Shown here: one piece after another, positions 18,001 through 26,516 of the stretch
Layout of the letters: each line of letters starts with the position of its first letter
Numbering within the stretch: the first letter of the stretch is position 1
Sequence record: PP661416.1
DNA length: 61,753 nucleotides
Origin: Pseudomonas phage Max
Strand: one strand, 5' to 3'
Translations under genes and position numbers: made by a program
Notes under the pieces: generated by a model
What the model was told of the DNA's origin: nothing
Seen by the model: the letters and a program-made list of their open reading frames with translations, nothing else
The model's database searches: none

Positions 18001-18345
18001 TCACTTCTGGGCCCACTCCTTCAGCCCGAGGATTAGCAGGCTGGCGAGGCCCGAGAAGAAGATGCCCAGGAGGGCGAGGGTGCCCTTGCGCTTCAAGTCC
18101 TCCCCGGACTCGCGCCACTGGCGGAGGTGTTGGAAGTCCCTCTGCATAGCGAACGGGTCGGACGTGTCCACCCCGAGCTGCATCAACGTCTGCTTGACCG
18201 CTTCGGCCACTACGTCGTTCAGCTCCGAGTGAGACATGGCAACCGTCTCCGCGGCTCGTTTCGCCGCGTCCTCCACGGATAGTTTCGCCGCCCGGGTCGC
18301 AGCCGCAACGGCGATGTCTTCGACTTGCTCCGGGGTCAGGGGCAT
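18001..18345 (-). CDS. small protein with a C-terminal transmembrane helix (last gene of the late operon)
   Basis: Start MPLTPEQVEDIAV with a GAGGA RBS. TM segment TLALLGIFFSGLASLLILGL. Confidence 0.45.
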   Translation of the reverse strand: MPLTPEQVEDIAVAAATRAAKLSVEDAAKRAAETVAMSHSELNDVVAEAVKQTLMQLGVDTSDPFAMQRDFQHLRQWRESGEDLKRKGTLALLGIFFSGLASLLILGLKEWAQK

Positions 18346-18412
18346 ATCGGGGTCCTCGCACCAAGATGATCTTGGGCCGTATTCTACGGAACCCAAGACA
18401 ACTTGGCAAATT

Positions 18413-18898
18413 TTAGACAGCTGCGCCCGTCGCGTCCACCCAGGCGGAGCCCGTGGACCAGATCGGCTTGCCCAGGGTGGTGTCGAAGTATTGGCCCCCG
18501 ATCAGGGCGGCGCTCGCCGCCGGGCGGTTCGCGGTCGTGCCGTAGCCGCGGAGGAACTTCCACGCGCTGCCGTCATACCAGTAGGTGCTGTTGGTATCCT
18601 CCACGGAAATGGTCCACCCCTTCTTCGGCACGAAGAACTCCCAGGCCGTCGCCGCGCTCGAATAACGCGCGATCCGTTGGCCCTGACCCGACCAGTTCGT
18701 GCCGGTCGGGCTCGCCGGGAGCACATACAAGTCCCCGTCCGTGGGCGAAGCCGGTTGGGCGGTCGTGGTCGCGGACTTCGCGTGGCCCATGAGAAGGCCG
18801 TCCACCGCACGGAGGAAAGACATGAATTGGTTGTAGTGCTGGTCCCCCAGCGCGCCGTTCACCATGATGCCCAAGTTCGGGCCGTTACTGATAGCCAT
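18413..18898 (-). CDS. putative tail fibre / receptor-binding protein
   Basis: Start MAISNGPNLG, ATGA-coupled to the J-like gene. Position after the host specificity protein. The R/G-rich 106-aa extension in the track is spurious. Confidence 0.45.
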   Translation of the reverse strand: MAISNGPNLGIMVNGALGDQHYNQFMSFLRAVDGLLMGHAKSATTTAQPASPTDGDLYVLPASPTGTNWSGQGQRIARYSSAATAWEFFVPKKGWTISVEDTNSTYWYDGSAWKFLRGYGTTANRPAASAALIGGQYFDTTLGKPIWSTGSAWVDATGAAV

Positions 18899-21069
18899 CA
18901 CAAACCTCCAAGATAGTTTCCAAGATTGTTCCCGAGTCCGGCCCGATCCACATACCAATCCTGGGATTGGTAGCTGTCCAGGCCGTCGCGGACCGCCGTG
19001 ACCTTGATCCGGTTCCGGCCCGCGGTGTTCTCCGTCGCCTCGTTGGTCCAGGTCCAGCTGGTGCCGGTCAGGCCCGGCTCCGACTTCAGGAGCGTGCTGC
19101 CGTTGGCCGCGTAGATGTCCACGCGGTAGGTCACCCCCGGCTCCGGGCCGATGTTCGCCGCGGAGTGGTCGATAATCGGACGGACCACCTGCTGGGTCCG
19201 GTCGCGGTGCGCCCAAGATAGGCTCAGACCTCCGAGGATAGCCGAAGGATACTGGAGACTGTTCACCCGGAAGTTCCCGGGAGCGTAGGGGCGTGCGAAA
19301 CGGCCCACCAGCGCCTTCGAGTCCTCCGGCGCAACGGACAGGTCCAGAATGCCGACCCCGGACCGGCCCAGGCCCTTCGCGGCGATGGTCTCGCCGCTGT
19401 TATACTCAAGACGGTCGCGCACGCGGGCGTCCTCCGCGAACCAAAACCGCGCCCCGGCTGCGTGTTCCGCGCAGACGGTATCCAAGCACCCCCGACCCAC
19501 CGTCACGATCCCGTTCACCAGGTCGATAGTGTCCACGCGCACGATTTCGTTGTCAATCAGCGCATAGGTCCCCGTCCGCGCAAATTCGGTGCGGGAGGAC
19601 AGATTGGACAGCTGGATGGAGGTCTGTATGGGCGTGATCGCGTTCGTCAGCGTAGCGTGCGCCGCGGGGTCGCCGGTGGCCGCGTATGCGTAGGACCCGC
19701 CCGTGGGCTTCGTCCACAGTTCATAGTTCTGGAGGTACTGGGCGGGCTCGCCCATCAGGCCGATCAGGAAGGCGGAGGTGTTGTCCAGCGCCTGGAAGTC
19801 GCCCGAGGGCAGACCGTTCGCCAAGTCCCAATAGTTCGCCTCCTCCAGACGGCGGAGGGCGAACGGGTTGGGCGCTTGAACTGGGTCCACCCAGCCCGAG
19901 CCCTGGTTGCCCATGTAGGTGGAGGACGGAAGGCCGAACATGTCCTCAACCGCATCCACCACGATTTCGCCGCTGGTCAGCTCGCCGTAGTTCACCCCGA
20001 GGACGCGGAACACGATGTCCACGAGGCTGTGCTCATCCCAGGAGAAGCGGAACACGTCCCCCAGGGTCAGGTTCCATGCGTTCCGGTTCACCCGGATGCG
20101 GATGCGTGCGAAGGGGGTGGACTTCTGGCGGAGGTCGCGCATGGCCAGTTTCGCCGCGTTCGCCGCGGTGTCGATCCCGGGATAATTCACCGTCTGGCTC
20201 ACTACGCCCTGTTGGGCTTGAATCGCTGCGAGGTCCTGGACGGTCACGGAATCGTCCTCAGTGGAGCCTTGCGGACGGTAGGTCACCACGATCTCATTGA
20301 CAATTTCCGCGTAGCCCGGGCGCTCGAAGGACTCCAGCCGGGTCGTGTTGGACTCGTTGAACAGCGGCAGGTTCGCCACCACGTAGTCCTCACGGATCAG
20401 CTTCACCACGAATTGACCGTTGTCGGGTCGCGTGTACAACATTCCATTACAGTGGCCCAGCACCGTGTATATGAAGGACTCGATGGAGTCCTGCTTGGTC
20501 ATGATCATCGACACGCCCAAGCCTTCCGCGTGAAGGGTGTCCGCCGCAGCGCGAAAGGCGGCGTCATCCAGGGCGTTGATCGGGTATCCCATCCCCCAGT
20601 CCGGGTTCGTCAGCGTCTCATAGATGACGTGGGCAGGGTTCGCGGAGCCGTTGATGTCCGCCTTCGCCGGATACCAAGCCTTGCCCGGGAGGCGCTTCAC
20701 CTTCAGCGCCCAGGCCTTCGGATAGGGGGACATGGCGCACATGTACACCTTCCGAAGGACCAGGGACAGGACGCCCCGGAAAGCGGGTATGACCGTGCCG
20801 AGTTTGGATTGGAGGTAACTGTTGCGGCCCTGGTTCGATTCCCCCATCATGATGTCCACGTAGCCCTGGACACCCCCCTCCTTCTTCTCGCCGCCGAACA
20901 GCTCCGGGTTGTTGATGTAGATTTGCTGCGAGGCCGTCACGTCCCCGCTCCAGGCGGTTCGGTCGCCCACGACAATTTCCTGGACGGAATCGACCGGCCC
21001 GTGACAGATCACGAGGTGGGCGCCAAGATAATACTTGTACCCGATTGTTACACTAGATTTGCTGCCCAC
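18898..21069 (-). CDS. host specificity protein (lambda J-like central tail fibre)
   Basis: 723 aa. N-terminus MGSKSSVTIGYKYYLGAHLVICHGPVD resembles the lambda J N-terminus. Confidence 0.75.
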   Translation of the reverse strand: MGSKSSVTIGYKYYLGAHLVICHGPVDSVQEIVVGDRTAWSGDVTASQQIYINNPELFGGEKKEGGVQGYVDIMMGESNQGRNSYLQSKLGTVIPAFRGVLSLVLRKVYMCAMSPYPKAWALKVKRLPGKAWYPAKADINGSANPAHVIYETLTNPDWGMGYPINALDDAAFRAAADTLHAEGLGVSMIMTKQDSIESFIYTVLGHCNGMLYTRPDNGQFVVKLIREDYVVANLPLFNESNTTRLESFERPGYAEIVNEIVVTYRPQGSTEDDSVTVQDLAAIQAQQGVVSQTVNYPGIDTAANAAKLAMRDLRQKSTPFARIRIRVNRNAWNLTLGDVFRFSWDEHSLVDIVFRVLGVNYGELTSGEIVVDAVEDMFGLPSSTYMGNQGSGWVDPVQAPNPFALRRLEEANYWDLANGLPSGDFQALDNTSAFLIGLMGEPAQYLQNYELWTKPTGGSYAYAATGDPAAHATLTNAITPIQTSIQLSNLSSRTEFARTGTYALIDNEIVRVDTIDLVNGIVTVGRGCLDTVCAEHAAGARFWFAEDARVRDRLEYNSGETIAAKGLGRSGVGILDLSVAPEDSKALVGRFARPYAPGNFRVNSLQYPSAILGGLSLSWAHRDRTQQVVRPIIDHSAANIGPEPGVTYRVDIYAANGSTLLKSEPGLTGTSWTWTNEATENTAGRNRIKVTAVRDGLDSYQSQDWYVDRAGLGNNLGNYLGGL

Positions 21070-21256
21070 GGGCCTTCTCCACTACTTGTAGCGCCATGTG
21101 ATCGCCGGTCGCCTCCAGCTCCTCCGCCGGGATGCCCTCGTGGACGAAGCGGCCCCAATCCAGCCCGTGTCGGGCGGCGAAGGCGCGCATGCCGCGGGAG
21201 CAGTAGCCCAAGGCGCGGGCGTGTTCGACCCGGACCATCACTGGCTCGTTGTTCAT
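21053..21256 (-). CDS. hypothetical small tail-module protein
   Basis: Start MNNEPVMVRVEH, ATGA-coupled to the upstream ORF. Confidence 0.4.
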   Translation of the reverse strand: MNNEPVMVRVEHARALGYCSRGMRAFAARHGLDWGRFVHEGIPAEELEATGDHMALQVVEKARGQQI

Positions 21257-21489
21257 CACTTGCCGCCGTCCGTTTTGACGGGACTGCTGGCCAAGTCCCC
21301 GTACCATACCACGTTCGGGCTCTTCACGGTAACGGTCCCGAACACAACCGGGATCGGTCGCCCAGGCTCCGCGGTTGGAAATTGGAAGTCCTCCAACGAA
21401 GCGGGTTTGGGGGTGGCCTGCTTCGGGGCGAGGGCCACCGCCGCGTATGCCGCAACGATGAAGATGATCAGATACACAGCCCATTCCAT
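21256..21489 (-). CDS. small membrane-anchored tail-module protein
   Basis: N-terminal TM segment MEWAVYLIIFIVAAYAAVALA. Confidence 0.4.
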   Translation of the reverse strand: MEWAVYLIIFIVAAYAAVALAPKQATPKPASLEDFQFPTAEPGRPIPVVFGTVTVKSPNVVWYGDLASSPVKTDGGK

Positions 21490-21502
21490 GATGGGGTCCT
21501 CC

Positions 21503-22342
21503 TCAAAAGATCGGTGTGCCGTTCATCGGGTTCTTCTTCGGGTAGAACGGCTGACCCCCGTAGTTGTCCACGTTGTTGAACTTGTTGTGGCACGTATTCA
21601 GGGTGTGGTCGCACCCGGGATAGGCCCGGACCGTCGCATTGGCGGGTATCCCAGCCAACGGGAGGTTGAGTGTGATCGCCTGCCCCACGTGCGCGATGAT
21701 GAACCGCCGTTCCAGGACCCCAGCCACTTCCCAATCCACGTAGCCCCCGGCGAAGTAGCCGTCAGCGAAGGAGGAGAAGGCCGGTGACAGGAGGTCCCGC
21801 CCCGAAACGCCCGTGAGGGTCGCATCCACCCGGAAGTTCGCGGAGGACAGGCCGCATGCGGCCCCATACAGGACGTGCGGGCAAGTCGTCTGATACATCC
21901 GGCGGAGGGTCGGGCGGCGCAGCGACGTGAACACCGGCTCCAGCCGCACTTCGGCCTCGCGCTCCAGGAACTTCACATTGACCACTCGCCCAACCCACGG
22001 GACGGCGAGCTGGCCGTCACCCTCGTGGTAACGCTGGACGGTGAGCTGAACGATGTCCGTGGGCGGCGATCCGCGGAACTGGTCCAGAAAGTTGATATTC
22101 TTGTCCATCGTCAGCGTCAAGTTGCTTCGGGACATTTCCTGGTTCTGCTCGAAGGCTCCGCGCTTGATTTGGACAGAGGCGTAGGTCACGCCCTCCACCA
22201 CCTTGTCCTCGTCAGCGGAGGTGTAGCGCCAATATTGCGCGCCCCGGGCGAACAGGTACAGCTCGACCGGGTAGGCTTCAAACAGGCTTCGCTCGCGTGC
22301 GTCATACGTCATGGTTGAATCTCCATCATGCGGACCGTACAT
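21503..22342 (-). CDS. tail protein (possibly DUF2163/BR0599-like distal tail component)
   Basis: Position between the tail proteins and J. Cys-rich C-terminus. Confidence 0.4.
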   Translation of the reverse strand: MYGPHDGDSTMTYDARERSLFEAYPVELYLFARGAQYWRYTSADEDKVVEGVTYASVQIKRGAFEQNQEMSRSNLTLTMDKNINFLDQFRGSPPTDIVQLTVQRYHEGDGQLAVPWVGRVVNVKFLEREAEVRLEPVFTSLRRPTLRRMYQTTCPHVLYGAACGLSSANFRVDATLTGVSGRDLLSPAFSSFADGYFAGGYVDWEVAGVLERRFIIAHVGQAITLNLPLAGIPANATVRAYPGCDHTLNTCHNKFNNVDNYGGQPFYPKKNPMNGTPIF

Positions 22343-23979
22343 TCAAGGACCCTGTTGGAGTTCCACTGAAGTTCTACACGATCCGCGTCCAGGCGCTTCA
22401 GGCCCAAGAAGCTGATTTGGCGGATGCGGCTGGCGTTGATGTTGATCGGGGCATCCAGACCGATGACCGCCGTGTCCGTCCCGGAGGCCGTCGCCGCATT
22501 GATCGTCCGTAGCAGCCACGTTCCGTCATCCAGGAGGATGCCGATGTGGGTGCGCTCCGGCGCAAATTCGCGGTAGTCGTCAGCATACACCTCGATGCTC
22601 TGGGTCAGCTCCCCCGTTTGGGCGATCCGCATGTTGTTCTCGAAGGTCGGAACCCAGAACGGGCGCAAGCGTCCCGCACGCCGGTGAAGGAACTTGCGGA
22701 AGTTCCAGATGTCCTGGAGCCCCTGCAGCAAGAACTTGTAGGGGCGTCCAATCCGCGTGTAAGTCCAGGGCGAATAGAAGCTGGCCCCCGCCGCGGTCCC
22801 GTAGTCCACGACATCCACCCGAGCTTGAAGGCTGTCCGTCAGCGCCTCGCCGTTCTTCAGCGCCTCGTCAAAATACACGTCATACCCGAGGAACTGCGTG
22901 GGGGCCGCGGGCGGGTCCAGGTCGATGTTGTCGCTGAACTCATAGGTCATTTCCAGCGAACCGTTGTAGCCCGAGGTTGCCCGCGAGACGTTGCCGACAA
23001 TCCGCCCAAGGCGCACGGGCACGATCCACGGGTTGTTGAAGGTTTCAGCCAGTGGTCGGTTCAGCGTCAAAGTCCCGGCGGAAACGATACCCACGTCAGC
23101 GGTCGCGCTCTTGCGGTTGGACTCCCAGATCATGATCAGTGCGCCGTCCCGGTAGTCGGAGGCGGTCGTGTCGATGTTGATCACGGTCGTGCCCGCCAGC
23201 AGGGTTCCGACCTGTTGGGCCTCAGACCAAAGGGCGACGGCCCAACGGCGAGTCAACCAACCATACACCAGGTTCTCCGCCCGGGCCATTTCCCGGTACG
23301 GGATCGGATAGGTGACGTTGAAGGACTGGCGGGGCTTCTTGCGCAGTCGCACCCGCTGCTCCGACCCGTCATTGGTCGTGAGCACGTCCGTTTTCCACTC
23401 CAGGACCTCCTTGGCGGGGGCCTCGAAGATGTACGGCAGTGCGACGATACGCGAGCCCAGGACCGTCAAGTTGGCGTCATCCGCCGTCCCGTCCCAGTCG
23501 AAACGGAAGATGGCGTTGATGTCCGGCGGGCCGTCCGTGGTGACGGTCAGCTGATAGGTCTTGGTCTCCAGAGCCGCCCAGGTCGCGGGCGGGACGGCCC
23601 CCACAAGGGAAATGCCGCCGCCGTTCTGAACCTGGATGTTCTGGAGGTATCGGTTGTTGAAAAAGCCGTTCCACACCTCGATTGCGAACTGCTGCTCACT
23701 CACGAGGTTGCCCACGTTCACGTTCGAGGGGCGGATGTGGATGCGGTTGTAGTAGTCGTCCAGGAAGCTAATGCCCCGCCAGGACGGGAAGTTGTACTCA
23801 GGCTCACTGATGGGGAGGTTGTCGGTCAGCGGACCATAGACCGTCGCGGAGACTTCAGGAGTCACCAACGGAGGACTTTGGTCAGCCCAGACGAAGGAGT
23901 CCAGGCCGTTCGACCAGTCCACAGACGGCCCCCGCAGGGTGTCGATCCCCACGAGGGCGTGAGTGGTAATCACCGCCAT
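22309..23979 (-). CDS. tail protein (baseplate/hub-like)
   Basis: 556 aa, tail module. Confidence 0.5.
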   Translation of the reverse strand: MAVITTHALVGIDTLRGPSVDWSNGLDSFVWADQSPPLVTPEVSATVYGPLTDNLPISEPEYNFPSWRGISFLDDYYNRIHIRPSNVNVGNLVSEQQFAIEVWNGFFNNRYLQNIQVQNGGGISLVGAVPPATWAALETKTYQLTVTTDGPPDINAIFRFDWDGTADDANLTVLGSRIVALPYIFEAPAKEVLEWKTDVLTTNDGSEQRVRLRKKPRQSFNVTYPIPYREMARAENLVYGWLTRRWAVALWSEAQQVGTLLAGTTVINIDTTASDYRDGALIMIWESNRKSATADVGIVSAGTLTLNRPLAETFNNPWIVPVRLGRIVGNVSRATSGYNGSLEMTYEFSDNIDLDPPAAPTQFLGYDVYFDEALKNGEALTDSLQARVDVVDYGTAAGASFYSPWTYTRIGRPYKFLLQGLQDIWNFRKFLHRRAGRLRPFWVPTFENNMRIAQTGELTQSIEVYADDYREFAPERTHIGILLDDGTWLLRTINAATASGTDTAVIGLDAPININASRIRQISFLGLKRLDADRVELQWNSNRVLECTVRMMEIQP

Positions 23980-23980
23980 A

Positions 23981-24973
23981 TCAAGTCACCTTTTTGTACG
24001 CTATCCCACGTTGCCAGCTCCGTCCGCCTTTCTGGTACCATGGAAACACTTTCCACGTATCTGGTCCAAGGCTGAACTCCTCCCCCGGCTGGTACAGGGT
24101 CATGTCCATGTAGCGCATCCCCGGGACCACCCCGACCGGGCTCAGGAACTCGTTGTTGCGATTCACAGAGACAATATTGGGGAGGAGAAGCCCGACCCCG
24201 TTCAGGGGGTTGGGCGAATAGTCCCGCAATACTTTATCGTGAACCCCACCACCTTGGCAAGCCTGGAACATTTGGGTGTTCGCTGCGGACCGCGCCGAAC
24301 CACACCAATTGTCGAAGGACTCGAACTGAGCGCGCAAAAAGGAGCCGCTCATGTCGCTGGTCGTGGAGTAGTCTGCGGCCCTGAAGGGGACCTCCTCAAG
24401 TGAGCGGGTACCAGTGTCAATTTCGTTATTCAACCAGGCAGTGGACCCCGACACGGCCGGGTGGTTCCCGCCCGTAGCGTAGAAGAACCGCCCGCCGCCC
24501 GGAGCCGCCGGGTTGAACAAGTCCAACGAGCCGAAGCCCAGGCGCTGGAAGATGGTAGATGCCACCTCCAGCTCCAGGTAGATGGTCTTGCTGTCTGGCG
24601 CAAATAGGTGGTAGGACGGGAACGGCCCAAAGTAGATCGGCAGGGGCAGGTTAGCGTGTCCCTGGTCGCCGCCCGAGGAGGACGTGCGCAGAGGGTAGCC
24701 GGGCTGGCGATCCCAGGCGGAGCCCCCGGCGTAGCTGTCCGAGCCGTTGATGGCGATCCCGTACTTGCCGGATTGCGAGGAACCGTTAATGACAATGGTT
24801 TCATTCTGGTAGCTGCGCAGGTTGAAGTAGGCCGTACCCTTGCTAAGGCAAAGTTCTCGCCCGGAGCCAGCAGCCACGTCGCGGTTCACGGTCCAGCCTT
24901 GAGCCGCGGCGAAGTCCCGCAGCTTGATCAACATGTCGTTTGGTCCGGTCGCGGACCCGGTTTCATAAGCCAT
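23981..24973 (-). CDS. tail protein; its N-terminus is paralogous to 24987..26507
   Basis: MAYETGSATGPNDM vs MANEIGTATNFEDF. Confidence 0.5.
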   Translation of the reverse strand: MAYETGSATGPNDMLIKLRDFAAAQGWTVNRDVAAGSGRELCLSKGTAYFNLRSYQNETIVINGSSQSGKYGIAINGSDSYAGGSAWDRQPGYPLRTSSSGGDQGHANLPLPIYFGPFPSYHLFAPDSKTIYLELEVASTIFQRLGFGSLDLFNPAAPGGGRFFYATGGNHPAVSGSTAWLNNEIDTGTRSLEEVPFRAADYSTTSDMSGSFLRAQFESFDNWCGSARSAANTQMFQACQGGGVHDKVLRDYSPNPLNGVGLLLPNIVSVNRNNEFLSPVGVVPGMRYMDMTLYQPGEEFSLGPDTWKVFPWYQKGGRSWQRGIAYKKVT

Positions 24974-24986
24974 TGATCAGTTCTCC

Positions 24987-26507
24987 TCAATCCATCGACA
25001 AGGCCCAGAACTCGTGGACAGAGTTCCGGTATGCGTGTTGGAACACCACGTGCGTCTTGCCGTTGAAGGTTGTCGTGTTCTCCGCGCCGTTCTGATACCC
25101 GCTGATGCTGAAGGTTCCCTCCAGCTCCCCGAACACCTGAGCGAAGGGAGCCCGCTGGAGTAGGACGCAGGGCTGAAGGACGTACCCGCCGCCCAAGCAA
25201 TCGCGGTATGGGAGCTTGCCTTGGTTCCATTGGTCGTTCATGCAGTGGGGCCACACGCTGCGCCAGCCGCCGGACGGCGAGAAGGGGATGCTGTAGGATT
25301 GTGTCGGCCCATACAAGTCCTCCGGTTGTGGGTTCGAGTCGCCCCGGTTCCCGAAGTACGCCCACTCACCGTCCGGGTTGCGCAGGTACAGGGTCGCCCA
25401 ACGGCCTTCGCCCGCCGCATAACTGTCGTTGCCAGGTCCCGGATACACTCCGTGGCGCCAGTTCGCGTAGGAATAGCGCCACTCCGCAGAACGGAGGGTG
25501 TCCTGTGGGACCAAGGACCCCCCGACCGCCAGCGGGTAGGGGAACTGGTTGGGCGTAGCATACGGCAGGATGAAGCCCAAGTAACCCCCCTCATAGCTGG
25601 TCGATACCTTCACAGCGAACCGGAAGGAGCGGCCCGAGGCCACAAACCAATAGGGCATCGCGGCGTTCCACAGGGGGACCATCGGGACGGCGAGCGGGTA
25701 TTGAGCCCCGAACTGGTACAACGCGCCGGGCTGGTTGAACCAAGACATTTCACTGGCGTCATAGCCCGTGTACCCGTTCATGAACAGGTTGTACCAGCCT
25801 GCGGCGCTGTCATACTCTGACCTGATTCCAGTGTAGATTTCATCCAGACCGGAGTTGCCCAGGGCCTTCAGGATGACCTCCGAGCCGAAGTGGTTGGACA
25901 CGGTTCCGTCCGCCTCCAGCAGGAGGAGTTCGGACCAGGAAATGGCCGTTGTTCCGGTTTGGACGGCATCCCACAAAATACGCCAGTACAGATGAGCCCC
26001 GGGAGTTCCGGGAACCGCGAACAACCGCCGCTCCCCGAGGGAAAAGGCGGGTGCGTTCGTTACGGTCAAGGCGGTAGTCCAGGAAGTGCCGTTGTCCGAG
26101 TATTGGAGGCGGAAGGACCGCGGGGCATATCCGTTGTACGTGCTGTTCGTCGGATGTGACTTGATCAGCACGTTCTTGACTTCGCGGGCTGTCCTCATTT
26201 CCCACGAATTGAAGCTGACCCCCACGGATAGGTTCGTGGCGTAGAAAGCGGCCCCTGCGCCGCTATCGGCGGGGTTGTTCGTGTTCAGAGTTCGCGGGTC
26301 ATACCGAAACGTGTGGACCATCTTCCGCGAGGTGACGGCAGTAGGGTCCGTCAGGTTACTGGTATGGGTGGCGATGTTGTCCCGGCGGACACGCAGCGCC
26401 TGCCAAGCCTGACCTGCCGACACCAGTGCCGCGTTCGTGGTAAGAAAGGCGACGATCTTGCTGAAGAAGTCCTCAAAGTTCGTCGCGGTTCCGATTTCGT
26501 TTGCCAT
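24987..26507 (-). CDS. tail protein (distal tail / fibre-like)
   Basis: 506 aa, directly downstream of the tape-measure protein. Confidence 0.5.
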   Translation of the reverse strand: MANEIGTATNFEDFFSKIVAFLTTNAALVSAGQAWQALRVRRDNIATHTSNLTDPTAVTSRKMVHTFRYDPRTLNTNNPADSGAGAAFYATNLSVGVSFNSWEMRTAREVKNVLIKSHPTNSTYNGYAPRSFRLQYSDNGTSWTTALTVTNAPAFSLGERRLFAVPGTPGAHLYWRILWDAVQTGTTAISWSELLLLEADGTVSNHFGSEVILKALGNSGLDEIYTGIRSEYDSAAGWYNLFMNGYTGYDASEMSWFNQPGALYQFGAQYPLAVPMVPLWNAAMPYWFVASGRSFRFAVKVSTSYEGGYLGFILPYATPNQFPYPLAVGGSLVPQDTLRSAEWRYSYANWRHGVYPGPGNDSYAAGEGRWATLYLRNPDGEWAYFGNRGDSNPQPEDLYGPTQSYSIPFSPSGGWRSVWPHCMNDQWNQGKLPYRDCLGGGYVLQPCVLLQRAPFAQVFGELEGTFSISGYQNGAENTTTFNGKTHVVFQHAYRNSVHEFWALSMD

Positions 26508-26516
26508 GTTCTATCC